A stretch of 40,062 nt of DNA. Source: a virus. Lineage: Duplodnaviria; Caudoviricetes. Both the position numbers and the translations under genes were made by a program. Shown here piece after piece: positions 7,011 to 16,134 of the stretch. The stretch covers positions 1-40,062 of the IMG/VR virus record IMGVR_UViG_3300033485_000042. One strand, given 5' to 3'. The number at the start of each line of letters is the position of its first letter. The first letter of the stretch is position 1. The notes beneath the pieces are model-generated. The model did no database searches. It saw nothing but the letters and a program-made list of their open reading frames with translations, and was not told the DNA's origin.

Positions 7011-7289
7011 ATGAGTAACCAGTTAGTTTTCCCCTCAACAGTCGATTTCGAGCATATAGGTATTATGCAATCCATTTACTCATCATACAAGCATATGAAC
7101 CATGTACATTGTGATCTATCATTGACGAGGAATGCACATATATCATTGATCGGATTATTGATACACGCTAAAAATGAGATAGAAAGCATCGGCGGTCGCA
7201 TTAGTTTAAGCTTGTCAGGCGAGATGTACAATCTTATGACAACAGTAAACATTGTAGACCATTTTGCAGATAATATAATAGAGGCATAA
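7011..7289 (+). CDS. STAS-domain (anti-sigma-factor antagonist-like) protein
   Basis: VHCDLSLTRNAHISLIGLLIHAKNEIESIGGRISL...YNLMTTVNIVDHF aligns to the STAS pattern DLSxvxfiDSSGLGxL...GGxl; AAGGAG RBS. Confidence 0.7.
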   Translation: MSNQLVFPSTVDFEHIGIMQSIYSSYKHMNHVHCDLSLTRNAHISLIGLLIHAKNEIESIGGRISLSLSGEMYNLMTTVNIVDHFADNIIEA

Positions 7290-7291
7290 TC

Positions 7292-7504
7292 ATGACTGCT
7301 CAAATTCAGCAAGATTTTGAAATGTTAAAAAGATCCATTAAATCGATGAAGATTCCAAACTATCTAGTTGCTATCGATATACAGTCTCTTGATCGTCTAT
7401 ATTCATATCTTGCAAAAAGCTATCGCAATCATGACGATTATCCGCGAGCGTTTAGATATTTGAATCGTATAATAAAAATGCTTGAAGCTGAAAAAAAAGC
7501 TTGA
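7292..7504 (+). CDS. Hypothetical protein
   Basis: ORF with GAGG RBS in the operon. Confidence 0.6.
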   Translation: MTAQIQQDFEMLKRSIKSMKIPNYLVAIDIQSLDRLYSYLAKSYRNHDDYPRAFRYLNRIIKMLEAEKKA

Positions 7505-7528
7505 CATTGGCATAGGGTAATATATATT
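7501..7528 (+). promoter_or_regulatory. sigma70 promoter
   Basis: TTGACA-N16-TATATT followed by TAATAGGAGGCACTATG. Confidence 0.7.
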
Positions 7529-7547
7529 GACGGTAATAGGAGGCACT

Positions 7548-7724
7548 ATGAGCGATCAAGAACGGCAAGAACACAGAGAGTTAATAAAGCGCATCGTAGA
7601 ATGTGAAAAGCAACTTGAAACGGGCTTCACAAAAAGTGGACAAGCTTTGTCTATTTACCAGTATCATTTAATATCTGGCTTAATACACCAAGCAAAAAAT
7701 AAACTAGGGCTGAACCAATTATGA
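7548..7724 (+). CDS. Hypothetical protein
   Basis: Start at ATG 7548 (MSDQERQEH) after AGGAGG. Confidence 0.65.
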   Translation: MSDQERQEHRELIKRIVECEKQLETGFTKSGQALSIYQYHLISGLIHQAKNKLGLNQL

Positions 7725-7879
7725 ACGAAAAACAGTATTCGGAGTTTAGCAGATACTTAAATGAAGCTCGCGTTATGGCGTGGATTTTTATGTGTACCGA
7801 TGACGATTATTACTTAAAGCAATATGAAGTATCCATTACTAAGATGACCGATTCTCTCAATAATAAGGATAATGCATAA
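7721..7879 (+). CDS. 52-aa hypothetical protein
   Basis: MNEKQYSEFSRYLNEARVMAWIF...; ATGA overlap. Confidence 0.55.
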   Translation: MNEKQYSEFSRYLNEARVMAWIFMCTDDDYYLKQYEVSITKMTDSLNNKDNA

Positions 7880-7880
7880 T

Positions 7881-8381
7881 ATGGAAATGCACATAACTAG
7901 CCCTAAATATGGTACACATATTATCTATTTTGATATTGAAGATTGGGACAAAATTAAGGGTTATAGTTGGCACGTTCATAAAAGTAGAAAAAGATTTTAC
8001 GCACGAACCAATATAACAATAGGTAAAAGAAAACAGAAAAAAATACAAATGCATAGGTTATTGCTTGATTGTCCAGCCGACATGCAAGTAGATCATGAAA
8101 ACATGAATGGCATGGATAATAGAAAATCAAATTTGAGAATATGTACACCTGATCAAAACGCGCAACACAGAGATATATCTATTGCAAATAAAAGTGGATA
8201 TAAGGGTGTACATTTTGAGAGTGGAAGACGTAAATGCAGGGCTAGTATACGAGAAAACAAAAAGCAAAAGTCTCTAGGATATTTTGACAGTCCAATAGAT
8301 GCCGCAAAAGCATATAATGAGGCAGCCATTAAATATTATGGTAAGTTTGCAAAATTAAATATAATAAAGGAGCAGTCATAA
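7881..8381 (+). CDS. HNH endonuclease with AP2 domain
   Basis: MHRLLL...VDHENMNGMDNRKSNLRICT..QN; SGYKGV...LGYFDSPIDAAKAYNEAAIKYYGKFAKLN. Confidence 0.92.
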   Translation: MEMHITSPKYGTHIIYFDIEDWDKIKGYSWHVHKSRKRFYARTNITIGKRKQKKIQMHRLLLDCPADMQVDHENMNGMDNRKSNLRICTPDQNAQHRDISIANKSGYKGVHFESGRRKCRASIRENKKQKSLGYFDSPIDAAKAYNEAAIKYYGKFAKLNIIKEQS

Positions 8382-8776
8382 TGAGTTACGCAGAAGGCAA
8401 AATAGAAGGATTTACAACACGAGACGCAATAATTCGCGCAACTAAAACGGGCAAGTTTATAACTAGCTTTTCAGTTGCTGTGTCATTTGGAGAGGGCGAG
8501 AACAAAAAGGTATCATTCTTCGATGTCGAAACATGGGATAAACGCGAAGATATTACAAAAGGTACGCTAGTTAAGTGTACAGGGTATCTGTCTCAGGAAA
8601 CATGGGAAGATAAAAGCGGCAATAAAAGATCAAAGATCAAGTTGACCGCAAAGACGGTTGAGATAGTACGACCAGCAAGCAACAGTCAACCAACCGACGC
8701 AGAACATAAACTACAAGAGGCCGGACTTGTGGAAAAGACAGGCGAACATTTTGACGATACTCGTATTCCGTTTTAA
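8381..8776 (+). CDS. ssb: Single-stranded DNA-binding protein
   Basis: TRDAIIRATKTG..SFSVAV...SFFDVETW...KGTLVKCTGYLSQETWEDKSGNKRSKIKL; acidic DDTRIPF tail. Confidence 0.93.
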   Translation: MSYAEGKIEGFTTRDAIIRATKTGKFITSFSVAVSFGEGENKKVSFFDVETWDKREDITKGTLVKCTGYLSQETWEDKSGNKRSKIKLTAKTVEIVRPASNSQPTDAEHKLQEAGLVEKTGEHFDDTRIPF

Positions 8777-9249
8777 TGTCTATTTTGGTAAAGGTAATGT
8801 ACTTTATGGTGTTTAGATTATCGCTTATCATACTGCTAGCGTCAATGCTTTCATACTGCATTTATACTAATGACTGGTATAAGTATAAAGCGCAGTATCC
8901 GCATATGTCGTTTGAGATATACCGAGTTGCAAACTTTGAAAGCTATTTGAAAGGACTTGACAAGACCGTCGTGCTTGCTATTATTGATCACGAAAGCGCG
9001 CAAACATGGCGGACTACTATTACGAACGGATATGATGACGGATTGATGCAAATAAACAGAGTGCACGGCGTTTATAACGTATTTGATATTCGCGTAAACA
9101 TCGCTTACGGCTGCAAATATTTAAAACATTGCATTGACAAAAAGCGCGGCAATCTGTATATTGGGATTATGGCTTATAATTCAGGATGCAACCGTAAAGA
9201 GTATAATAATTACGGTTATCTGATGGCAATTTTAAATAGGTTAAGGTAG
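8776..9249 (+). CDS. Lytic transglycosylase (SLT family) with N-terminal hydrophobic anchor
   Basis: LAIIDHES, DDGLMQIN, NIAYGCKYL and MAYNSG motifs. Confidence 0.9.
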   Translation: MSILVKVMYFMVFRLSLIILLASMLSYCIYTNDWYKYKAQYPHMSFEIYRVANFESYLKGLDKTVVLAIIDHESAQTWRTTITNGYDDGLMQINRVHGVYNVFDIRVNIAYGCKYLKHCIDKKRGNLYIGIMAYNSGCNRKEYNNYGYLMAILNRLR

Positions 9250-9257
9250 GTATCAAT

Positions 9258-9368
9258 ATGGCTGAAGTAGTTGTTATGGTACTGTTGGGATTTATACTTT
9301 TAATGGCAATATTGTTTTCAATTTTCATGTCGTGGGTATTTATAAACATTTATTGGAGAAACAAATGA
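9258..9368 (+). CDS. 36-aa hydrophobic single-TM peptide
   Basis: MAEVVVMVLLGFILLMAILFSIFMSWVFINIYWRNK; AGGT RBS; ATGA overlap with the next ORF. Confidence 0.6.
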   Translation: MAEVVVMVLLGFILLMAILFSIFMSWVFINIYWRNK

Positions 9369-9553
9369 CAAGATATTTAAAGCGAAGATACGGAGATTGT
9401 CACAATTGTTGCTTGTCTGGTGGCGGTATCGTTCCGTGTGGCGCATTTGAACATTCATGCTCTGGGCCGTTTAGATATGCCACTCACAAAGAGATATTGC
9501 AATATCGTTTTAAACAAGCAAAGAAAGCGAGAGAAGGGGTGAACCGCTTTTAG
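9365..9553 (+). CDS. Small Cys-containing hypothetical protein
   Basis: MTRYLKRRYGDCHNCC...; GGAG RBS. Confidence 0.55.
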   Translation: MTRYLKRRYGDCHNCCLSGGGIVPCGAFEHSCSGPFRYATHKEILQYRFKQAKKAREGVNRF

Positions 9554-9607
9554 TAGCTACACAAGTGAGTAGCAAATAAAAATCTGTAATAGCGAGGAAA
9601 GTGTGAA

Positions 9608-9826
9608 ATGAGTGACACAAAAGGTGAAGCACTATCATATTATTATGCCGAAAACGGAAAGCTGGAAAGTAAAATAAAAAAGATGCAAAAACAGATAGCT
9701 ACGCGGGATGAATATATAAATGAACTCGAAAGCTACCTTTCGCGCTTAGAACTAGAATCTGACGGATTGATGCTAAACATGAGAATGTCTATCGCTATCG
9801 CCGATAAAAAGGCAAAAGACGAGTAA
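9608..9826 (+). CDS. Coiled-coil hypothetical protein
   Basis: GAGGA RBS; heptad-rich sequence. Confidence 0.6.
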   Translation: MSDTKGEALSYYYAENGKLESKIKKMQKQIATRDEYINELESYLSRLELESDGLMLNMRMSIAIADKKAKDE

Positions 9827-9854
9827 AAAAAATATTTAAAACAGCATAATTTTG

Positions 9855-9882
9855 TTGACAAATCTCCACGTCATGCTATATT
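9855..9882 (+). promoter_or_regulatory. sigma70 promoter with extended -10
   Basis: TTGACA-N16-TATATT with TG one base upstream of the -10. Confidence 0.75.
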
Positions 9883-9938
9883 ATACGTATGATGATTGAT
9901 ACGGATTGATCATCAAATAACTAGCACGGGGGACGAAA

Positions 9939-10088
9939 ATGAGACTTGTATATTTCGACCATGTTTGCTGGGTGATAGATGCGACAATGACGACGATAAA
10001 AGAGGCGGTTGACCATAATGCGCGAATATTTTCGCTTAACAAATTAACCGCGAACGAACGCAAAATGATTTTTGCACAGATATTATAA
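9939..10088 (+). CDS. 49-aa hypothetical protein
   Basis: MRLVYFDHVCWVIDATM...; GGGGGA RBS downstream of the promoter. Confidence 0.55.
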   Translation: MRLVYFDHVCWVIDATMTTIKEAVDHNARIFSLNKLTANERKMIFAQIL

Positions 10089-10102
10089 CAGGATAGGCAG
10101 CA

Positions 10103-10279
10103 ATGCTGATAAAAGACGCGTTTGGAAATTCATTAAATATACGACAAGCTAAAAACGGTAAAATAGTATTGCCGTTTGCTAATACAGTTATAACCCTATC
10201 AAAAGAAGATGCAAATAAATTTAGCTTGTATGAGATAGAAGACTTTGACGTAGACGCATTTAATGAAGCGTATAAATAA
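10103..10279 (+). CDS. 58-aa hypothetical protein
   Basis: MLIKDAFGNSLNIRQAKNGK...; RBS-like AGGA/AGG. Confidence 0.55.
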   Translation: MLIKDAFGNSLNIRQAKNGKIVLPFANTVITLSKEDANKFSLYEIEDFDVDAFNEAYK

Positions 10280-10311
10280 CATTGCTATGGGAACATTTAA
10301 AAGGTAATAAT

Positions 10312-10566
10312 ATGCAAACACACATCATAAATAGAACATATATCGTTCGCCACAAAAACGCGGAAGACATTGAATACAAAAATTATCGCAAGGCTATCCG
10401 TGTAGCAGTTAGCATGTGTGGAATAGATTATCCTGTGCTGATAGTACGTGACGGTATAGTTTTGCATACATTGATATTAAATGATTTCGGGATTATTGTT
10501 GATAAAATTAACACCCGTTATAATGAATACCCGACAATCGCATTGACTGAATTAAGAGAGGTTTGA
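10312..10566 (+). CDS. Hypothetical protein, last gene of the rightward arm
   Basis: ATG 10312 (MQTHIINR) after AAGGT; converges with the lysis genes. Confidence 0.55.
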   Translation: MQTHIINRTYIVRHKNAEDIEYKNYRKAIRVAVSMCGIDYPVLIVRDGIVLHTLILNDFGIIVDKINTRYNEYPTIALTELREV

Positions 10567-10982
10567 TTAAATGATACATAACCCCCGACATAGAGCAAAT
10601 CGTATAATTGCCTACAATACCCGGCGGTATAAAGCAAAGTCAAATCTTTATCGACTCCTAGCCCGGCGAAAACAAAATGCTTTTTTGTTGTAGGTCTTAT
10701 TCTGTCATAAACTATCGACTCTTTATAACTAGTATACGCCCGTATTTTTAATTCGCCAGTTGCCTGATTATATTCGCGGTCAATTTCTATATCCTCTAAA
10801 GCCCAGTTAAAAAGTGTGTCGTAGCTTTGACCTTCGGGACTTTGCGTTTGTGTATGCGTAGCGGGTTTTACATCTTGCTGATACACAACGTCAGTATGCG
10901 TAGAATATCTACCACCGATAAAAGCGGCAATAATCAAACAGAGTATAAGTATGTACTTAATTCGTTTTAGAATTTGTTCCAT
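10518..10982 (-). CDS. Membrane-anchored lysis accessory protein (spanin-like candidate)
   Basis: N-terminal TM (ILILCLIIAAFIGGRY), C-terminal amphipathic beta strands; last gene of the lysis cassette. Confidence 0.55.
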   Translation of the reverse strand: MEQILKRIKYILILCLIIAAFIGGRYSTHTDVVYQQDVKPATHTQTQSPEGQSYDTLFNWALEDIEIDREYNQATGELKIRAYTSYKESIVYDRIRPTTKKHFVFAGLGVDKDLTLLYTAGYCRQLYDLLYVGGYVSFNQTSLNSVNAIVGYSL

Positions 10983-11104
10983 TTATATCTACAAGCCCCT
11001 ATGTGTTTCATTGTTTTTTTATGCGTCTGACGATATATAAATAATCTATATGATAGCAATATGCACTTTATCGGTGCAAATAATAGTTTTTGTACTAACA
11101 CGGT

Positions 11105-11284
11105 TCAACCGTGTATTATTTTGGAAATGGCTTTTGCCCACGAATCGAGTACGCCCGATTTAGATAGCACTATCAAGGATAAAACGACTATAATCCAAAA
11201 CCACCAAGGAGCTCGAAATTTAAAACCTTTCTCAGTTTTCTCGAAAAATATCATCGCCGTTTTATGTGCTATCTTTTTAATCAT
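11105..11284 (-). CDS. 59-aa membrane protein, holin candidate
   Basis: MIKKIAHK...PWWFWIIVVLSLIVLSKSG...; AGGAG RBS; immediately after the endolysin. Confidence 0.6.
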   Translation of the reverse strand: MIKKIAHKTAMIFFEKTEKGFKFRAPWWFWIIVVLSLIVLSKSGVLDSWAKAISKIIHG

Positions 11285-11294
11285 TTGCGTACTC

Positions 11295-11900
11295 CTATTT
11301 ATACACTTTTATTTCTCGCCCAATTTCATGGTTTAATTTCGAAAATATTATCTGATAACTTTCGAACGGGAATATTCCCGGACACGGCTTCGGATTGTTG
11401 TTGAAATACGTTATCCAATTATATCGATGCGAAACAATCTTGTCTATGTTTGGGAACATCATGCATAGCTGTTTGCATAGGTCAATACTATTTTGCATTT
11501 GTTCTGCGGTTATTTCATCTGAATTATCCGCGTTTACTTTGTCAAACTCAATACCGATTGAATGCTTGTCATGTTCCCCGCTACATGAATGATATGTCCA
11601 GTTAACCGGGTCTATAATTTCGGTAATAATTCCCTTCCGGTCAATGTTGTATTGCGGTATCCCGATCCCCTTAGACCATTGCGAGACACGATTAAATTCT
11701 TTCTGCCATTTAACCTTATCGTCATTAGTTTTGGCATTGTCAATCCGGTTTTGAATTACCTTTAAATCAGATGTTTCTTGCCATTTTATCTGTCCGAGTC
11801 CGGCGGTTGCGTGTATGACTATTTCTGTAACATCTTCAAAAGACCTTGAAAAACCACGGTGCCACTTTTCACGTATTTTTGTATTTTTGATTATATTCAT
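11295..11900 (-). CDS. Endolysin, N-acetylmuramoyl-L-alanine amidase (Amidase_2)
   Basis: IVIHATAG, YHSC..HSIGIE, IVSHR and KPCPG zinc-amidase motifs. Confidence 0.88.
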   Translation of the reverse strand: MNIIKNTKIREKWHRGFSRSFEDVTEIVIHATAGLGQIKWQETSDLKVIQNRIDNAKTNDDKVKWQKEFNRVSQWSKGIGIPQYNIDRKGIITEIIDPVNWTYHSCSGEHDKHSIGIEFDKVNADNSDEITAEQMQNSIDLCKQLCMMFPNIDKIVSHRYNWITYFNNNPKPCPGIFPFESYQIIFSKLNHEIGREIKVYK

Positions 11901-12145
11901 TTTATAATCCTTGTGTGACGTTCTTTACATAAATTATCTGATGCAATTTTAGCGTACTCTAGTTCTGATAATCTTTCTCCGTGCTTTTCGCATTGTGCAA
12001 TTCGCTTTTCGATATTATTAACGTATTCTTTGAGGAGTCGCCTGACAAGAAACCAGACCACGCTAACAAGTAGCACGATGATGCCAGCACTAAACCCGAT
12101 ACCGAGAGCAAAATAACGCATATTGTCGTAGTTGAGTAAATCCAT
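11897..12145 (-). CDS. Single-TM plus coiled-coil protein (holin/antiholin-like)
   Basis: FALGIGFSAGIIVLLVSVVWFLV then a charged tail; precedes the endolysin. Confidence 0.6.
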   Translation of the reverse strand: MDLLNYDNMRYFALGIGFSAGIIVLLVSVVWFLVRRLLKEYVNNIEKRIAQCEKHGERLSELEYAKIASDNLCKERHTRIIK

Positions 12146-12162
12146 TTCATTTCTATAATTCC

Positions 12163-12804
12163 TTAATATTTAATAATATAATTCATTCCAATTTGCTTGC
12201 CATGCGTTGTTGTTCCAGTTCGGGGTGTTCCGTTTGTTCCGTCCGTTATTTCTTCTCTTACCATAATTGATGATGGTGTACCGTTTACTACCGTCTGTCC
12301 TGTTCCTGCTCCCGATGAACTTCTGGAGGACACATAAGTGGTAGTATCTAAATCTGCATTTGCATTTGCGCCGGCATTACCAATATTAAAATTATGAAAA
12401 GATGGTTGATGTTGATCATCCTTGAACTGTCCAAGTGTATACGTATCATGAGCCGTAACGCCTGCACCTCGTGTTCCCACTCCAACCGGTATTGTCTCTC
12501 GCATATCCGGCAAATTAAATGTCGTTGAATTATCCCCTACTCCGTACGTGGTGCTAATTACGGTAAATAAATCGGCATATGTCGTACGAGAAACAGCAGA
12601 GCCATCACACAAAAGCCAACCAGTAGGAGCCGATGATCCAGCAAATGAAATTGTAGCACCTACCGGAGTTGAGGCTATGGCAGTTTTTATTGTATCAAAA
12701 GTAACCTTTTGCGTTTCATAGGGTGTCGCGGCCTTTTGCAGCAAAAACCAATCATCGTCAGCCATTACCGTAGCGGTTGTTGTTAATAATCTTATCTGCT
12801 TCAT
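12163..12804 (-). CDS. Tail collar domain / short tail fibre protein
   Basis: PVGATISFAGSSAPTGWLLCDGSAVSRTTYADLFTVISTTYGVGDNSTTFNLPDMR; MNYIIKY terminus. Confidence 0.92.
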   Translation of the reverse strand: MKQIRLLTTTATVMADDDWFLLQKAATPYETQKVTFDTIKTAIASTPVGATISFAGSSAPTGWLLCDGSAVSRTTYADLFTVISTTYGVGDNSTTFNLPDMRETIPVGVGTRGAGVTAHDTYTLGQFKDDQHQPSFHNFNIGNAGANANADLDTTTYVSSRSSSGAGTGQTVVNGTPSSIMVREEITDGTNGTPRTGTTTHGKQIGMNYIIKY

Positions 12805-14588
12805 ACCGGAACCTCTATTAGTTGTATTACGTTGTCGTTTTCGTCTGTTATGTAGTCGCTGCCATCGTACGATAGACCTGAGTAAACATAGTTGATCGTA
12901 GGGTCTGCCTTTACGTAGCGCATTGTTATAGTTACTTCGCCCTTGTCCGGGTCTTTAGCTACCGATAGCACTTCGTATATCGCTGGTGCTTCTGTGGTTG
13001 TAATACGTGTAATCGGATCGCATATAATAAAGTCAGTAATCTCAATGTCGGAGTGAATCCAATCTAGTTTTCTGCTAATAATGTTTTGCACGTTTGACGA
13101 AAAATCCATAATAGTCTGCGCTTTATCAGTAGCACCGGCAAGGTCTGTCAAATTAGTTTCAAATGTCTTTGATTTTAGCTTTTTGTATTTGTAGTACGCT
13201 GCATTTTCATATGACTTTTCTTCATAAGTTAGCCATGTGTCCTTGTCAGCATTATAACCATATTTAATAATGCAACTTGTCAAATACTCAGATGAGTTGT
13301 TAGTTGCTGAATAGTCATTTTTAAAGTCGGCTTTTGGTATGGTTTTAATCGGTGTACGGTTAGCGTCATATGCTCTGATGGTATACAGTCCGTCATCATG
13401 TGTAAACATTCTGAGAGATGAATCAATACACATCGTCTCTATCGCTTTTGATAGTGCCGAATCATCATCTATATATAAATAATCTTTTTGACTGTTTACT
13501 GCTGCGGCGTTTACTTCTACTGTGTCCCAGAATGACGCGATAAAAGGCTTTCCGTCATATCTCCACATTAAATCTTTTATGATTGCTACTGAGTCATCTA
13601 TTGCAATCGTAAAGTCACATGTCACCGCGTCAGTGTTTCCGGATGTCGCCGCTTGTGTTAGCTGAAAAGTGCCTAGTGCTAAATCTACATTTACTGGCGT
13701 TGCGGCTACTCCGTCGATATAAACAGCGTCTAAAGACTCAACCGCATTATATGACGTATCGCATATTAAGAAAGTGTGATATGTTCCAACATAATCACCA
13801 GTTAACAATAATGCCTTACGCCCATCACATGGGCCATATGCTACAGGTACAATTTTGTCTATATATCCTTCTGAAAGATACGGGTAATCAGCTTCCTTAA
13901 GTGTACGAGTTGCTACGGGCTGTGAAAGCGACTTTCTAAGATCTTGCAGTTTAACCGATAAATCAGACCATGATAAATTATAGTCTTCAATGAATCCGCT
14001 ATATTTTAAAACTTCATCGACGTAAATCCTTGCAGCTTGTCCGTACAAGTTTCTTGATTCCCAATCGTCAAGCTTTCCATCATTGTTAATGAGTCCAATA
14101 TTTACCGGCTGATATTTATGTAATCCATAAAACAACGGGTCAATAGACCACTTCATCGTCGGAATACTTGATAAACGTGGCTCATAGTAAAAGTTATTGA
14201 AATAATATACATCATTAAAAGAAAATCCAATTGCTCTACCTAATACAACCGATTTTGATAGTAGTGCCTCTTCGTCGAGTATATGAATATAAAATCTAGT
14301 TGTCGCTGAATCGTAAAAGAAAGATGCATCTGTAGCAAGGCACTCTAAAAGCGTTGCCATCGGTGCGTAATCGTATGAATCAACTTTAGCCGAACTAAAT
14401 TTATAATGAGCGTCGTTCGTGTATGGGTAATATCCGGTATTTGAGTTGTCATCGGTTACAACGACATTACCCGGAACCATTACGCAGAAGTATACTGACG
14501 GAGAATAGTTTAGCCAGTATATGTGATTTATTGGTGTATCGTATTCAAATAGTACATTCATAATTAAGCCGTTATTGGTCTTATACAA
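12801..14588 (-). CDS. Tail tip / hub protein
   Basis: Position in the tail module; DKIVPVAYG motif; 595 aa. Confidence 0.7.
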   Translation of the reverse strand: MYKTNNGLIMNVLFEYDTPINHIYWLNYSPSVYFCVMVPGNVVVTDDNSNTGYYPYTNDAHYKFSSAKVDSYDYAPMATLLECLATDASFFYDSATTRFYIHILDEEALLSKSVVLGRAIGFSFNDVYYFNNFYYEPRLSSIPTMKWSIDPLFYGLHKYQPVNIGLINNDGKLDDWESRNLYGQAARIYVDEVLKYSGFIEDYNLSWSDLSVKLQDLRKSLSQPVATRTLKEADYPYLSEGYIDKIVPVAYGPCDGRKALLLTGDYVGTYHTFLICDTSYNAVESLDAVYIDGVAATPVNVDLALGTFQLTQAATSGNTDAVTCDFTIAIDDSVAIIKDLMWRYDGKPFIASFWDTVEVNAAAVNSQKDYLYIDDDSALSKAIETMCIDSSLRMFTHDDGLYTIRAYDANRTPIKTIPKADFKNDYSATNNSSEYLTSCIIKYGYNADKDTWLTYEEKSYENAAYYKYKKLKSKTFETNLTDLAGATDKAQTIMDFSSNVQNIISRKLDWIHSDIEITDFIICDPITRITTTEAPAIYEVLSVAKDPDKGEVTITMRYVKADPTINYVYSGLSYDGSDYITDENDNVIQLIEVPV

Positions 14589-15385
14589 AAATATGATCCC
14601 GGTAACGTATCATCGCCAGATATATAATATGAAGATGCATATTTTATATATACCTTAATGGAATCTCCCGGAACCAAATAATCATTGTAATCAGCCCATA
14701 TTGGAGATGCATTTGTACTATCTCCACTACCGGGAAGTTTTGCACTTTGTATTATAGATCCATTTTTCTCTATTTTAGACCAATATACCGAATCATTATT
14801 AGTTGTGTGAACCAAAAAAGATATATTATATAATCCGGAATTTTGGCATGTATAAGTATCAGAAGAAAAGCAATTGTTTGCATCAATAAAATCCGAAAAC
14901 GTCATTGCCGTCCATGCATTACCGTTAGAGTATTGATTTGTTAGTTTTTTACCTAATATAAAATCATAATTAAAAGTATATCTAATTTTTCTATAGACAG
15001 TACTTGCCCTAGATATAGCAAAATGCAAATACACATTACCAGCATTACCGGCGGTGCCATACCATCCTTGTTTTGAATCGTTCCATGTCGGAGCGGTATT
15101 CGTGAAAGACAGCGTTGCGGTCAATCCATCTACGGCAGGCGTTGCCATGATGTAACAAGTCGCGTTATCGGTAGGAGTGCCGCTCGGTGTCGTGTCAGTG
15201 CCTACCTTGTAAAGAGTACCTCCACAATCGAAATAAGAACCAGCAGCGACAACGGGCAAAGTCGTGTCTGTCATATTGGTAAGTGATACAGATGTGCGGT
15301 TGATAATAAGCTGATCGGCTGTTGTCTGAACTGCTAAAATATTCGTGTCATCGTTTGCGTATGTATTTATTTTATTTATTGACAT
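14564..15385 (-). CDS. Tail fibre / receptor-binding protein with C1q-like C-terminal domain
   Basis: APTWNDSKQGWY; FSSDTYTCQNSGLYNISF...KNGS...LVPGDSIKVY resembles gC1q. Confidence 0.65.
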   Translation of the reverse strand: MSINKINTYANDDTNILAVQTTADQLIINRTSVSLTNMTDTTLPVVAAGSYFDCGGTLYKVGTDTTPSGTPTDNATCYIMATPAVDGLTATLSFTNTAPTWNDSKQGWYGTAGNAGNVYLHFAISRASTVYRKIRYTFNYDFILGKKLTNQYSNGNAWTAMTFSDFIDANNCFSSDTYTCQNSGLYNISFLVHTTNNDSVYWSKIEKNGSIIQSAKLPGSGDSTNASPIWADYNDYLVPGDSIKVYIKYASSYYISGDDTLPGSYFCIRPITA

Positions 15386-15387
15386 TT

Positions 15388-16134
15388 TTACCTTCTTTCT
15401 TTCATTTTAATTGATGTCGAAAATAATAAACTTTGTGCGTCCTTCTTAAATGCCGGCGATTCCGTCAGTGAGCAATATAATGCAGGCTGTACGGTTAATG
15501 AATCTTCCCATAACAGCAGAATAAAAGGGACGGTAATATCTACAACGTCGAACATTGTGTTGATTGCTTTTCGCTGTGTGTCTGTTATTATAGAAGGAAA
15601 TGCAATCTCAAAAGATGCAAGGCGTACACGTTTATCACCGTAAAGCTGACCTGTTATCGATTCTGAAATGTCAGAGTTAGATGTATATGGTAGTGTAGCG
15701 TCTGGAGACATTGGCGGCATTTGAAGATAAGACGAAAGCCACATTTTCGAGAATTGAATATATCCGGCTGTATTGGTAGGGTCATCAATCGTTACTCTCC
15801 AATATCTGTATGTCTTTGTTGCTGTAAATTTGTGAGTGATCAGCGTTGCAACTGTCACCACTTCGTCAACAGATGGAGCAGTCCAAACGTCAGAGGCGTT
15901 AGCCTGTATATGAACAACGGCAGCAGATGTCAAATTGTGTGAAAGTATCGCAAAGTAATCAACTGCAACCGTAGCAGTAAACGTCATCTTTATCCATTGA
16001 TCGTCAACGTCAAGCGTGCGTGCGTATGTAGATAGTTGAGTCCGTGCCATAGTATCGGCGTATAAATAGCGCGGATGTTCGGTAAGTCCTGTAAATGTTG
16101 CACTAGCGGCAAGATTGTTATATATAATTTGCAT
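15388..16134 (-). CDS. Distal tail-like protein
   Basis: Follows the tape measure gene; AILSHNL and YRYWRVTIDDPTN..GYIQ motifs. Confidence 0.7.
   Translation of the reverse strand: MQIIYNNLAASATFTGLTEHPRYLYADTMARTQLSTYARTLDVDDQWIKMTFTATVAVDYFAILSHNLTSAAVVHIQANASDVWTAPSVDEVVTVATLITHKFTATKTYRYWRVTIDDPTNTAGYIQFSKMWLSSYLQMPPMSPDATLPYTSNSDISESITGQLYGDKRVRLASFEIAFPSIITDTQRKAINTMFDVVDITVPFILLLWEDSLTVQPALYCSLTESPAFKKDAQSLLFSTSIKMKERR

Noticed and set aside
11098-11114. Inverted repeat ACACGGT-TCA-ACCGTGT as operator or att site
   Set aside because: Single occurrence at a gene end, no U-tract and no integrase; at most an mRNA hairpin.
12163-15385. Diversity-generating retroelement or invertible tail-fibre cassette
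   Set aside because: No reverse transcriptase or invertase, and no TR/VR pair or inverted repeats seen by eye.
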